A stretch of DNA of 64,000 bases, taken from positions 37,915 to 101,914 of the forward strand of contig JAZRMW010000020.1 in NCBI GenBank assembly GCA_045647865.1, in the 5' to 3' direction. The DNA comes from Phocaeicola sp. (GTDB taxonomy: Bacteria; Bacteroidota; Bacteroidia; Bacteroidales; Bacteroidaceae). Within the stretch, counting starts at the first letter, position 1; each line of letters begins with the position of its first letter. Below the pieces are notes generated by a model, which saw only the letters and a program-made list of their open reading frames with translations, did not search any database and was not told the origin of the DNA. Made by a program: the position numbers and the translations under genes. Of the stretch, positions 33,043-43,699 are shown in pieces.

Positions 33043-33930
33043 TTAGTCTTTGGGGTATTCAACTTCCAATTCAAACGCAATAATTACATTTTGTTTGTTA
33101 TAAGAAATGTTCGTAACTTTGACACTTTCCCATAAACCAAACTCTAATCGTCCTTCTATATCAGTTAAATTTGTTGGTCCTTCACCCTCATTTTCACGAA
33201 TATTGGTATAGGTAATTTTAACTGAACGAGAAATAAAATGTCTATTCTTGTCAATTGAAGCTTGTGAATCTAAAATTTTTTCTTCAAGTTCTTCTTTGGT
33301 CCAAGGATTAGCTAGTATTTGTGGCTTTGGTGTACTTACTTCTTCTATTTTGTTGTCTGGGCTCTTCCCACTTAAAACGGGAACTTTTTCGAATCCTATA
33401 ACTTCCATGGTGGGAGTTTCTACTTTTGCATCTTTATTTGAAATAACCACGTTATAAAAATAAGAGCCAGATTCAGTTCCTCCTAAATTAGAAAATTTTC
33501 CATCAGTAGAAGTTTTAAGCACCTTTCCGTTATTATCCATCAAGACATACTCGTACTTGTAGTTTGTTTTTTCCTTTCCTTCAAATTCACATTTGGCTAC
33601 AAATGAATAGGTATTATTGCCATGGTCTGTGAAATCACTATGAGAAATTTGAGCTATTTTTAATATTTCTTTAAGTTCTTCAATAGGATCAGGTACATCA
33701 CTTCCTTCTTTTTCTCCTTTCATAAAAAACAACGCAGTACCACATCCTACAACAGCAATAGCCACGAAGGTTAGGATTTTCAACCACATGGTAGTGTTGT
33801 TGACAGGGGTAACATTGTCTGATTGGCAATTTCGACATACTACGTCTTCTAATTCGTCACCTGTGACGTAGAACTGTTGGCCACAATCGTGGCACTTGAA
33901 CAGTTTCATTTGATTGGCATCTTTTCCCAT
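33043..33930 (-). CDS. Zn-ribbon + single TM + extracytoplasmic domain protein
   Basis: CHDC...CRNC, then a hydrophobic helix and a beta-rich C-terminal region. Confidence 0.8.
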   Translation of the reverse strand: MGKDANQMKLFKCHDCGQQFYVTGDELEDVVCRNCQSDNVTPVNNTTMWLKILTFVAIAVVGCGTALFFMKGEKEGSDVPDPIEELKEILKIAQISHSDFTDHGNNTYSFVAKCEFEGKEKTNYKYEYVLMDNNGKVLKTSTDGKFSNLGGTESGSYFYNVVISNKDAKVETPTMEVIGFEKVPVLSGKSPDNKIEEVSTPKPQILANPWTKEELEEKILDSQASIDKNRHFISRSVKITYTNIRENEGEGPTNLTDIEGRLEFGLWESVKVTNISYNKQNVIIAFELEVEYPKD

Positions 33931-33945
33931 ATTTTTATTCTGTTT

Positions 33946-35553
33946 TTAAAATTTCCAAATTACACTTGCATTTAAATAGAATGCGCTACGGCGCATCGAA
34001 GAAATGTAGCCGGAGATGTTCTCAATGTGCTCACCTCCAGAAGTCTGGTAAGACATGGGGACTTTACGAGTGGTAACAAAGTCCTTGTGATTTGCAACCG
34101 CTACATCACCGGTTGAACGATAATTGTTCAATATACTTGTCTGGTAATAGAATCCCAAATCTCCATACAAATCCTTATAGATGTGGCGACGTGCTCCGAG
34201 ACCGATGAAACCATCTAAAGAATAATCGCTCAAGATGTGATCGCTGACATTTTTACGGACAATGTGGGTATTGTTTACAAAACCGTTGATGGCTGTTTCG
34301 CCACCATAGGTGTTGTGGTCGATGATTAGGTTTCCGTATTGAGGATATTTTCCGTAGGTAGTGTAGGTCGTTTCAAAGTTGACCTTTTCCTCTCCATATC
34401 CCACATATGCTTTCAAACCGATGTTGGCATACGCAGACCAGTCTTTGTTGATGCGATAATCCATATCCCAATAGAATGGAATATAGAGTTCTTTCAGCTC
34501 TGTATGGTAGCGGGTATCCTTCATCGAATAATGGCGATAATACTTGTCACCATCCACATCGGCTTCAGGACCGGCATAATAGGCATAAGCCATTGTCGGG
34601 ATGCTCATAGATAATTGGGACTTTTGGAATCCAATTCCGAAAAATAAACCGTGTTTGATTCTTTTTGTGGTCGGATAGACATATCCTACATCCAATCCCC
34701 AACCGAAGGAAGAAGAAGAGGTCTGTATGGCATTGTCATTGACGGTCTGGATGCCGAATACGTCACCCATGAAGATGTCCACATGTGGTTTTAGACGCCA
34801 ACGGGTAGGGCGGTAGTCCATGGTTACGATATTACAACCCAGGGTGTCGTCAATCAAGTACAATTTCATGTCTTGATCCACAGGATAGGTGAATTGGGCA
34901 TCGCGTGCAAGGAATGCTTGGTCGTATCTGTCGAATCGGATACTTGTGCCGTTGCAAAGCAGCAAAGAATCATTCGGATGATTTTTTTTGAACACCATAT
35001 AATTCGCGGGCAGTTTTGCTGCATCACTCTGGATGTAACCCGTTAAAGAGACAATCTTGCAAGTTCTACTCAATGAATCCCATGAGGCGACGAGTTGCAT
35101 CTGATAATCATTCTTATAAAATTCAGCAGACGAGAAAACGACATGCTCACATTCTCCAATATGAAGGTTCTGCTTATTAAATGTAATACGTGCTAACCAT
35201 TTATCCGTTGATTTCGACACTTCGTGAACAAGAATGTTTTGAATTCGTGTTTGTGAAGTCCTATTTTGCAGCAAATTTACATATTCATTTACAGATAGAC
35301 TTTCTGTATTTGATAAACCTAACAGATCATTATATATGACCAATTTGTCATTTTCAAATAAGCTTAAGAATGAAACTGCTTTTTCCGGATCTCCATTAAT
35401 ACTTGTATATCTTTCATAGTTCTCAAGAAGTTCCATCAAATCCATCATCATATAACGCCGTTGGGCATTTGTGAGGTTCTGCGACATCAGCCAGGCAGGG
35501 ATTCCTACGAGCAATAGAAGTATATATATAATCTTTTTCATCGTTTCTTCCAC
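33946..35553 (-). CDS. Outer-membrane beta-barrel protein with N-terminal soluble domain(s)
   Basis: Signal peptide; amphipathic beta strands in C-terminal half; terminal ...SVIWKF BAM-type motif. Confidence 0.75.
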   Translation of the reverse strand: MEETMKKIIYILLLLVGIPAWLMSQNLTNAQRRYMMMDLMELLENYERYTSINGDPEKAVSFLSLFENDKLVIYNDLLGLSNTESLSVNEYVNLLQNRTSQTRIQNILVHEVSKSTDKWLARITFNKQNLHIGECEHVVFSSAEFYKNDYQMQLVASWDSLSRTCKIVSLTGYIQSDAAKLPANYMVFKKNHPNDSLLLCNGTSIRFDRYDQAFLARDAQFTYPVDQDMKLYLIDDTLGCNIVTMDYRPTRWRLKPHVDIFMGDVFGIQTVNDNAIQTSSSSFGWGLDVGYVYPTTKRIKHGLFFGIGFQKSQLSMSIPTMAYAYYAGPEADVDGDKYYRHYSMKDTRYHTELKELYIPFYWDMDYRINKDWSAYANIGLKAYVGYGEEKVNFETTYTTYGKYPQYGNLIIDHNTYGGETAINGFVNNTHIVRKNVSDHILSDYSLDGFIGLGARRHIYKDLYGDLGFYYQTSILNNYRSTGDVAVANHKDFVTTRKVPMSYQTSGGEHIENISGYISSMRRSAFYLNASVIWKF

Positions 35554-35556
35554 TTA

Positions 35557-38500
35557 TTATTTTACAACCACTTTCTTTACCACACGCTGATTTCCGGTCA
35601 AACAATGAAGGACATACATACCTTTGCGGACATCTTGTAAAAACTCTGTCTCATTGTAATCCTTCTGCATGGCATAGTCAACCTTCTTCACCATCTCACC
35701 CGTTACGGAATATGCTGCAACAGATATTGGCGACATGCCCGAATCATTACTTACGGATACTATCTGGTCCGGTGCCTTAGTTTCGTCCATAGAACCAATA
35801 CCTACAGGGTCGGAATAACAATAGAAATCAATGATATTGTCATTGTCAACATCATATTCCCATAGGGAACGACCACGCAATCCTTTCTGTCCACCACGGA
35901 GGAAGAGGGTACGGTCCTTTCCTGTATATAAATGCTCGCCATCTGCCATATAGAAGTCGAAAAGAATATCAGCTTGTTCCAATACATTCTGTTCTACATG
36001 ATACATAAGAATGAACAAATTGGACTTTCCACCACCTTTCTCTACGATTTGGGTTGGTTTCACCGGCCTGCGATAGACTGTGACAGGGAAACTGATCACT
36101 TCTGGGGCTATTAATTCTTGTCCTTCTCCATCTAAATTGGTATAGACAAAGTCGTATTGATGTGATTCAACACGTTTCTCAAATACTTGTCCTTGTTCAT
36201 CCAATTTTATTACAAAGTCCTGAGTGTGACCATTATTCTTGTTGTCCCACTTGATCCATTCGGTGTTTATATCCTTATAATCTCTTCTCCATTTGTAATA
36301 CCAACCGTTGGGGTTTCCTCCCATCGGTGGTGTGACAGAGAAGGTTCTTGAATCCGCATCGCGCATCTCTTGTGTATAATCCTGATTCATGGTTGAGGCT
36401 TGGGGAGTCGAATAATCCACTACGACGAATTCCATTTCACCTTGACATCCGACTTCTCCATCTACGGTATTGGCATAAGTTAGCTTATGAACAATGGTTT
36501 CAGGCTTTTCATTTGCATTATCTGCAATGTATTCGTATGCCAACGAACCTTCAGCAGCCTCAATCGGACCCTTATTGTCTGTCCATGTAAATGTCCAACC
36601 GTTTTCGTATCCGCCTATATTCCGTACATTAAATGTCATACGGTCTTTATATGTCACTCCTGCCAGTAGATTGTACTTTCCAGGTTGTGTTATGGCAATC
36701 ACTTGAGGTTGGGCATACATTTTTATTTGTATTCGGTACTGTCTTGAGAGGTTCTTTCCATTGGGCAATGTGTTTGTTGTTACACAAACGTAGGTCATGG
36801 ACTTGGTGGCCTTAATCTGAAATTCTTCATCTCCTAATACTGATAGAATGCCTTCAGATTCTGAGATTTCGTTGCCTGCTAATGTATTCTCTTTATACCA
36901 TTTACATGTCCAGTTTTCCTCGTTACCTCCGAACATATTCACGGTCACTTTTCGGGTGTATCCTTCGTACATGCCCAATTTATGGACATAGTTGTAGGGC
37001 TCATATCTTCCCACATCAATACTGTCGCTTAACGTAACTACAACAGAGGCTTCGGGCCAAATCTTGACGTAGCAGGTCAAATTTCCTTTATAGGGAGTCA
37101 CATTTCCCGGTAATTTGTTCTCAAATTCCACGAATATGGTATCGCAATAAACGGTATCTTGTTTATTCTCTCTTAAGTCATAAGAATAATTCTTGCGATT
37201 GTTACCTTCTACCACCTCCTGATTCTTTGTCCACTTATAAGTCCAATCGGTAGAGTATCCACCGTTTATGTCCAGATCGATATAGGCCGATTCTTTGGAA
37301 TAATGGTTGTATTCTTGTGTCAGTTCATCAAAACTGTCAGAGTTGGTGAATTTGACAACAGGCGTTCCATATACTTTATAAGTATGCTTATACTCTTTCT
37401 CGTACCATTTGATATCTGAGTATTGGGGGTCAGAATAGGATGCATTCAAGGATACGACCTTGTTGACAATCTGTCCGTCGGCACAAGAGAAAGAGGTTGT
37501 CCATTGCTCGTTGTTACCTTCAGATGACGGGGTATTATCAATCATCCAAACATATTTCCCGTTTTTATGGGCCTTTTCAAGGGAATTGATTGTCAATGGC
37601 TCAGGTACATTGCCCGACCACATGTGGACGGTCTTGTCGTGCCATGAAACGGTACGCATCAAGGGCTTTTCACGTAATTCCACAGTCATTGACGGGTATT
37701 CATAAGGAATATCATCCAATGAGGGCAGCTCTTCACCATTCTTTATTTTCCAAACAACGTTCTTTACCTCTACGGTATATCGTCCAAATTGGAGATTACG
37801 CATATTGAAGGACTCGGATGATTGAGTCTCTGCAAAATCCGTGTCTGCATTTTGTATGTCGTATGAGATCTTAGATATTTGATAGTTGTTTTTGTCATAG
37901 GACATCGCGAATGTAATGTCTCGTTCACCGGCACCTTCCAACAAATAAGAAGTGCTGTTGCGTTCGATGATTTCAGAATTGTATGCTTCATCTTTGAATT
38001 TGCCTGCAGTCAAATTGATGGACAATACAGGCTTTTTATAAACGGTATAGGTATAGACTTTATCAAACGCTTCTTCGTACCATTGGGTCTTACCGTCGGG
38101 AGCAAGGCATACAGCAGACAAAGAGAGAGTCTTTTCTGCACGTACTTCGTTTATCGAAAATGTTTTTGTCCATTCTTGTCCAGAAGTCTTTTCGTTGTCC
38201 ATACTCCATGAGAAGTTCCAATTCAACTCATTGGGCAAGGCGCCGACTTCCAAAGACACTTTTTCTCCTTCATAAAGAGAGGTTTTACCATTCGCGAAAG
38301 AAGGTACATACAAGGGTACTTCGTGAAATTCAAACACTTTGCTTACTGAAAGTACATCCAAGGGTAAAAGTTCCAACTCCTTATCTTCATTGGTGGTCAA
38401 TCGAATGGGCTTTATGGTGATTCGATATTTCCCGACAGAATTAGCCTGCAATATTCTGTTTTTAGTCAATTCTTGCAAAGTCAGCTCCTTTATGGTATCT

Positions 38501-38802
38501 GTAAGTATAGTAGTATATGTTCCATTGTTGTCCATATCATAATTCAGGCACAGATACAGTGAATCATGCGGAATATTATCTTCGGCCCAATCTTCATACG
38601 TAATCTGCCAGTTCACCAGACTTCTCAACATGACATGGTGAATACCTCCTGTTTCTATTGCAACATCATTGTAGCGTGAATCTGCAGTTTTTGCAGAAAC
38701 CGTAAAATTGACATCCAATTTCAATGAATATGCATTCAGGACAAAAAATAGTCCCCCTATGAAGATACACCAGCGTAAATGAGCATTTATAAAGTGCTTC
38801 AT
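35557..38802 (-). CDS. Large Ig-like repeat surface protein with T9SS C-terminal domain
   Basis: Signal peptide; repeated GG...W.(Y/F/C).W modules; C-terminus AYSVTGEMV...KGMYVL...VVKKVVVK. Confidence 0.8.
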   Translation of the reverse strand: MKHFINAHLRWCIFIGGLFFVLNAYSLKLDVNFTVSAKTADSRYNDVAIETGGIHHVMLRSLVNWQITYEDWAEDNIPHDSLYLCLNYDMDNNGTYTTILTDTIKELTLQELTKNRILQANSVGKYRITIKPIRLTTNEDKELELLPLDVLSVSKVFEFHEVPLYVPSFANGKTSLYEGEKVSLEVGALPNELNWNFSWSMDNEKTSGQEWTKTFSINEVRAEKTLSLSAVCLAPDGKTQWYEEAFDKVYTYTVYKKPVLSINLTAGKFKDEAYNSEIIERNSTSYLLEGAGERDITFAMSYDKNNYQISKISYDIQNADTDFAETQSSESFNMRNLQFGRYTVEVKNVVWKIKNGEELPSLDDIPYEYPSMTVELREKPLMRTVSWHDKTVHMWSGNVPEPLTINSLEKAHKNGKYVWMIDNTPSSEGNNEQWTTSFSCADGQIVNKVVSLNASYSDPQYSDIKWYEKEYKHTYKVYGTPVVKFTNSDSFDELTQEYNHYSKESAYIDLDINGGYSTDWTYKWTKNQEVVEGNNRKNYSYDLRENKQDTVYCDTIFVEFENKLPGNVTPYKGNLTCYVKIWPEASVVVTLSDSIDVGRYEPYNYVHKLGMYEGYTRKVTVNMFGGNEENWTCKWYKENTLAGNEISESEGILSVLGDEEFQIKATKSMTYVCVTTNTLPNGKNLSRQYRIQIKMYAQPQVIAITQPGKYNLLAGVTYKDRMTFNVRNIGGYENGWTFTWTDNKGPIEAAEGSLAYEYIADNANEKPETIVHKLTYANTVDGEVGCQGEMEFVVVDYSTPQASTMNQDYTQEMRDADSRTFSVTPPMGGNPNGWYYKWRRDYKDINTEWIKWDNKNNGHTQDFVIKLDEQGQVFEKRVESHQYDFVYTNLDGEGQELIAPEVISFPVTVYRRPVKPTQIVEKGGGKSNLFILMYHVEQNVLEQADILFDFYMADGEHLYTGKDRTLFLRGGQKGLRGRSLWEYDVDNDNIIDFYCYSDPVGIGSMDETKAPDQIVSVSNDSGMSPISVAAYSVTGEMVKKVDYAMQKDYNETEFLQDVRKGMYVLHCLTGNQRVVKKVVVK

Positions 38803-38829
38803 ATCATCAAAATCTTTTTTGCTTATTAT

Positions 38830-39903
38830 TTATTTCATTGTTATCAACCATGCGGCAAAGCCTCCTACGACCAAAGCTGCAACAATCAGTACAACCCATG
38901 AAACCCATTCATTGCTTTTTTTCTTTATCTGTTTCTTGGGACGGTTCTCATTTGGCTTGTTCTCCTTTTGTGGAGTGGTCGGATGAAACTTTTGAGTGGG
39001 ACTTTGGACACGTTCGGGTTTGGCTTGTGCTGTTGTCTTTTTTCCTTCTACCGGAACTTTCCAAGTCGGTTGAGGAGACTCGCCTTTAATCTTTTTGCGT
39101 GCGTAGTCTGCCAATTGCTCTGCTGTAGGTCTGTCCCATGTCTCCAAAGCCAAACATGACTGCATCACCATATTTAATTCCGGGGAAAATCCTTCTGGCA
39201 AGTCGGGCATCTCTGCTCCACTTCTCAGCATAGTGCCTCCCTGTCCACAGAAGGGTAAATCACCGACAATCAGCTCATAAATGGTTGCTCCTAAAGACCA
39301 AATGTCACTGGCTTTTACTGGCATGGGATGTTTGCTCCATTTTTCAGGCCCCATATATGCAGCAGAACCGGATGCTAAGTTGCCGCTGGTTCTTGTTAAG
39401 GTCTTGCGTAGTTGTTGGCTGATACCGAAATCTGTGATGACATATTCCCCAGTTTTGGCTACCAAAATATTTTCAGGCTTAATATCTTGGTGGATAATTG
39501 GAGAAGGCTGACGGTGCAAGTAAGCTAATCCGGAAGCTACATCGGCAATAAACTCCCAGATTTCAGTCTCTTTCATTTCTCCGATTAATTTAGCTACCGA
39601 ACCTTGTGGGCAATAAGGCATGACTAAATAAGGACAACTGTTCCCTTCGTCTTTGCAGATTCCTAAATAGGTAGCATGAAGCAGGTTGGTATGGTTCAAA
39701 TTGAAAGCAACTTTGAACTCTTTGATAAATTCATTAGAATCTTGGGAATCCATTTTTGCATACATCTTGATGGCGACTTCCAATTCTGTCCATTGGTCAA
39801 AGGCCAACCAAACTTTACCGAAGCTACCTTTTCCTATTAATTTTTTTAATAAGAAATGTCCGTCAAAAATCATTCCAGGTTTATATTGGTTATCTTGTTG
39901 CAT
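38830..39903 (-). CDS. Hanks-type Ser/Thr kinase, C-terminal membrane anchor (non-RD)
   Basis: GKGSFG, VAIK, HQDIKPEN, DFG, YMGPE, DIWSLG; C-terminal TM. Confidence 0.93.
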   Translation of the reverse strand: MQQDNQYKPGMIFDGHFLLKKLIGKGSFGKVWLAFDQWTELEVAIKMYAKMDSQDSNEFIKEFKVAFNLNHTNLLHATYLGICKDEGNSCPYLVMPYCPQGSVAKLIGEMKETEIWEFIADVASGLAYLHRQPSPIIHQDIKPENILVAKTGEYVITDFGISQQLRKTLTRTSGNLASGSAAYMGPEKWSKHPMPVKASDIWSLGATIYELIVGDLPFCGQGGTMLRSGAEMPDLPEGFSPELNMVMQSCLALETWDRPTAEQLADYARKKIKGESPQPTWKVPVEGKKTTAQAKPERVQSPTQKFHPTTPQKENKPNENRPKKQIKKKSNEWVSWVVLIVAALVVGGFAAWLITMK

Positions 39904-39939
39904 AAGTTGTTCTGTTTTTATTGTTTAATGTGGTAATGG

Positions 39940-41052
39940 TCAATTTCTAAAAAAACTGATAGCTATCAATGCCAGAATAATCAGTAATAACGCGATGATT
40001 AGTGTTTGGCTAAAACCATTGGAAGAACGAGTTTCAGTAGTGGTCAAATCTACTTTGTTTTTCTTTTTAGGAGTCTCGGTTTCTTCCTCTTCCGAGAATC
40101 CAGACTCATCCAGTTCCACTGTATTCATCAGTTTCTTTTGGGACTTTTCTTCATCTTCAGCTGAAAGGTTTATTCTGCGAACATTTTTTTCATCAAAGAG
40201 TGTATAAGATGAAGTGGTTTCATCTGCTTCTACCGTAGTTGTTTCAAGCAGCGCAACTGTGACATTATCGTAACCTCCAGCTTTCAGAGCGCATAGGATC
40301 AGTTGTTTCCGACATTGTTCGATATCCTCTTTGGCTCCATCCATCACTTGTAGAATTTCTTCATCCCGGCAGACTCCACACAAACCGTCGCTACAGAGAA
40401 GAATTGTGTCTCCAGATTTCAATCGATAGGCTGTGTAATCGGGATTGGCTCTTCCTTGGAAATCTCCCAAGCAACGGGTGATGATGTTGCTATCGGGGTG
40501 GTCGATTGCGAATTCTTCATCCAGTTTGCCGGCATCTACCAATTCCTGTACGTAAGAATGGTCTTTGGTCAGACGCATCAATCCTTCTTCAGCATTGAAA
40601 ACGTATGCCCGGCTGTCGCCACACCATACAATATGAGCGACATCACCAATGACCCATGCTATGACGATGGTTGTTCCCATTCCTTTGGTTTCGGGATTCT
40701 CCTTGACATGTCTCTTGATTTCCTTGTCAGCATCCACTACCACTTTGCACATGAACTTCTCAATTGACTTTTGGCTTTTGCTTATACTGCTCAAGTCTGT
40801 GTCCATGAAATATCTTTTTATGGTATCTACAGCTATCGCAGAGGCCACTTCACCAGCATTGAGTCCACCCATGCCGTCAGCTACCACCAAGATGGCTCCA
40901 TCTTTTCCTAAAGGTATCAATTGGGAAGCATCTTGAGGTACAAACCAATCCGATTGTGACAAATCTTCATTGGTGATAAAATTGTCTTCGTTGTTCGTGC
41001 GCACACAACCTACATGAGTTGCAGCAGTCAATCGAAATTCTATTCTAGACAT
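39940..41052 (-). CDS. PP2C/PPM Ser/Thr phosphatase, C-terminal membrane anchor
   Basis: RTNNED, VADGMGG, GDSRAY, DHS, CSDGL, DNVT; C-terminal TM. Confidence 0.94.
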   Translation of the reverse strand: MSRIEFRLTAATHVGCVRTNNEDNFITNEDLSQSDWFVPQDASQLIPLGKDGAILVVADGMGGLNAGEVASAIAVDTIKRYFMDTDLSSISKSQKSIEKFMCKVVVDADKEIKRHVKENPETKGMGTTIVIAWVIGDVAHIVWCGDSRAYVFNAEEGLMRLTKDHSYVQELVDAGKLDEEFAIDHPDSNIITRCLGDFQGRANPDYTAYRLKSGDTILLCSDGLCGVCRDEEILQVMDGAKEDIEQCRKQLILCALKAGGYDNVTVALLETTTVEADETTSSYTLFDEKNVRRINLSAEDEEKSQKKLMNTVELDESGFSEEEETETPKKKNKVDLTTTETRSSNGFSQTLIIALLLIILALIAISFFRN

Positions 41053-41079
41053 AATCTTTTATCAAAAATTAAACAAATA

Positions 41080-41118
41080 TACTTGCCCGCAAGATTTGCA
41101 TCTCTACACGGGCAAGTA
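41080..41118. other. Intra-operon stem-loop
   Basis: tacttgcccg (41080-41089) / cgggcaagta (41109-41118), perfect 10-bp stem. Confidence 0.6.
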
Positions 41119-41150
41119 AGGAAATAAAATGAGTGATTTGGTTCTTCTTG

Positions 41151-42374
41151 TTATGATATTGGATCAAGAGCTTGAATGTATTCTAAAGTGTCATTTTTAC
41201 GGTTAAATAGATCATCCCATGTCCAAATATCTTTATTTTCTGATGCTTTTCTTATTGAATCTTCTATAGCAGCATTCTTTTGTTGTTCTTCAAGTTCTTT
41301 AATCTTACCATTAGCTACTTCCAACAGTTTCGTCAAGTCTTGGATTTGGCCATTCATCTCTTCACCTGTTGTTTCAGATTGTTCTTTCAGCTTCTCTATT
41401 TCAGCTTTCAATGCGGTGACATATTCATCATTCTGCTTTTTCATGATGTCATATTCCTTCTGCATTTCTGCCTGAATAGAATCTTGCATAGCTTTGGCAG
41501 CTTTCCAGGCTTCAGATTCTGAAACGCCTTTTGCACGGACTTCTTCCAGTGCTTGCATCGCTTTGACTACCTTTTCTTCAGCAAGTTTCAACTGTTCTTC
41601 TGTTGTTCCTGAAGTTTGCTTGAGTGTGCTCAACTCTTCTTGTAACAATACCAAATTTTCCTTGGACTTGTTGAACTCACTTAAAATTTCTAAGCTCTTC
41701 TCTTCGGTTTCTTTTACTTTGGCAGCTTGATTGTTCAATTGACGGGCTTGTTTCTGAACTTTGTCAGTCTGCTCGTTAAGAGCCTGTTCCATTTCACCGA
41801 TTATGCGAGAATAGTTTTCTCCTTGTTTATATATATAGGCTGACAAACCTGCAATGGCAAGTACCAGAACAACTGAAAGAATGGCTATTCCGGTCTTGTA
41901 GGGTTTGAGAGCCTGTTTCTGGAAAAGTTTCAGACGTTCGGTCATGGCAATGGATTTTACCAATCCTTTGGCACCTTGGGGAGCAATGAATCCGATAATC
42001 GGACCTTTTGAAGAGAGGCGGATTTCATCACCAGTGTTCAACATCTGCTCACCGTTGATGGGTTGTCCGTTTACGAACGTTGAGTTTGTCTTTGACAAGG
42101 AGATAAGCTTCCAACCCTCACCTTCGCGAACGATAGCTGCATGCTTGCGGCTAACAGTTTCGCAACCATCATCGAAACGGATTTGGCATTTTGAATCACG
42201 GCCCAACTCAATTTGGTCAACAATTACTTTCTCAGAATCACCGGCTTTATGATATTGAGTCGTTGTTTTGAATTCAAGAATGTAAAAAGTACGACCTGCA
42301 CCATTAACCAATGCACCCATACCTGCACCCACTGAACCAGCAAGGGTTCTCTTGTAAGCTTGTGTTTTTTTCAT
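41151..42374 (-). CDS. FHA domain + TM + long extracytoplasmic coiled coil
   Basis: LGRD...VSRKHA...NSTFVNG FHA motif; TM; heptad-rich C-terminal half. Confidence 0.9.
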   Translation of the reverse strand: MKKTQAYKRTLAGSVGAGMGALVNGAGRTFYILEFKTTTQYHKAGDSEKVIVDQIELGRDSKCQIRFDDGCETVSRKHAAIVREGEGWKLISLSKTNSTFVNGQPINGEQMLNTGDEIRLSSKGPIIGFIAPQGAKGLVKSIAMTERLKLFQKQALKPYKTGIAILSVVLVLAIAGLSAYIYKQGENYSRIIGEMEQALNEQTDKVQKQARQLNNQAAKVKETEEKSLEILSEFNKSKENLVLLQEELSTLKQTSGTTEEQLKLAEEKVVKAMQALEEVRAKGVSESEAWKAAKAMQDSIQAEMQKEYDIMKKQNDEYVTALKAEIEKLKEQSETTGEEMNGQIQDLTKLLEVANGKIKELEEQQKNAAIEDSIRKASENKDIWTWDDLFNRKNDTLEYIQALDPIS

Positions 42375-42398
42375 AATTACAGTTTTTTATTTTGTTTA

Positions 42399-43685
42399 TT
42401 AATATTGTTCGTATCTGAATTTCATGCTTCCGATGGAAATGATGTCATCTGTTTCAAGCCAGAAACCCGAGGCTTTCACTTCGGTCGAATTGACATAAGT
42501 TCCATTAAAGGATAATTCCCATTTCTTGGATTCCCGATTCCATTGTCCATCTCGGATGCGCCAATGCAGGCGTTCCATATCTGTCTCTATGGTACAATGT
42601 CCACGTGATACACAGGGATCCACTACCACAATTTGATTGTCCTTTTGCCTGCCTAACGTGATATTCATCCGTGATGAACTGTTTGACATCTCTGTCAAAT
42701 CATAAACCATACCGTACCCATCACCATGCATTACTCGCAGGCGAGCACCTTTAATCGTCTGTAAGGCATCGTTTCCTTTTTTATTTAGGAGTTCGGATTC
42801 TTCGATATGAGGAATCAGTTTATAAATGTCGGGTATTTTTTGGATACGCTCCTTATAATTGGGTCTTAAGCAACCTTCCAGAAGTGCTCTCCATAAATTG
42901 CCATCAGGAACATTCTTCAATTTCCTTCTATCCCAATCACCAACCTTGATGCGTTTTTGATAGTTTACCAAATCATCATGGTCTTCCAATTTGCCAAATG
43001 GCAATTCGCCTGTCAGCAATTGGTATATCATAACACCAAAAGAGAATATGTCGCGTGTTGGGAGTACGGTCTGTTTTCGTGCTTGAGGTTCACTTGCTTC
43101 AGGTGGCATATAGGCGTAGGTGCCAAATATTTGTATCGGACGTCCCCAAAAGTCTTTACCTGTCTTTCGGTTATCAACGTCTCCAACGATTCCAAAATCA
43201 GTCAACGCCGCTGTTCCATCGGGCTTGAACAGAATGTTCTCTAATTTCAAGTCACGATGAATCTTACCATTCTTATGCAAATCATGCAGACCGTGCAAGA
43301 TGTCCGATGCAATTTTGGATACATTCAGTTTTTTGTTTCCAAGCATCGAAACCAAATCTCCTCCAGGACAAAATTCCATTTTGATGTATGGATTGCCTTT
43401 GATAAATCCGTAGTCAATCGAATGTACCAAATAGGGACTGGCGATTTGTCCGGTCTTGAATTCCATTTCAAAACGTTCGACAAGCGCCTGACGAATATCT
43501 GGGGATACATCCCACAGACGCAGAATTTTTAAGGCATATACGGTTCCTTTTTCATCTTCGACCTTATACACCTTACCAAAGGCACCTTCGCCTAATGTGG
43601 CCAATACCTTCAATCCAGAGGGCATACGCTCTCCTTTTTTCCAATCTATGCGTTGTGGAATTTCGTTGAGTTCTACGGATTTCAT
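42399..43685 (-). CDS. Soluble Hanks-type Ser/Thr kinase with C-terminal FHA domain
   Basis: GEGAFG, ALK, HRDLKLEN, DFG, YMPPE; LGRQ...VSRGH...NGTYVN. Confidence 0.94.
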   Translation of the reverse strand: MKSVELNEIPQRIDWKKGERMPSGLKVLATLGEGAFGKVYKVEDEKGTVYALKILRLWDVSPDIRQALVERFEMEFKTGQIASPYLVHSIDYGFIKGNPYIKMEFCPGGDLVSMLGNKKLNVSKIASDILHGLHDLHKNGKIHRDLKLENILFKPDGTAALTDFGIVGDVDNRKTGKDFWGRPIQIFGTYAYMPPEASEPQARKQTVLPTRDIFSFGVMIYQLLTGELPFGKLEDHDDLVNYQKRIKVGDWDRRKLKNVPDGNLWRALLEGCLRPNYKERIQKIPDIYKLIPHIEESELLNKKGNDALQTIKGARLRVMHGDGYGMVYDLTEMSNSSSRMNITLGRQKDNQIVVVDPCVSRGHCTIETDMERLHWRIRDGQWNRESKKWELSFNGTYVNSTEVKASGFWLETDDIISIGSMKFRYEQY

Positions 43686-43699
43686 ATGATTTTTGGCTA

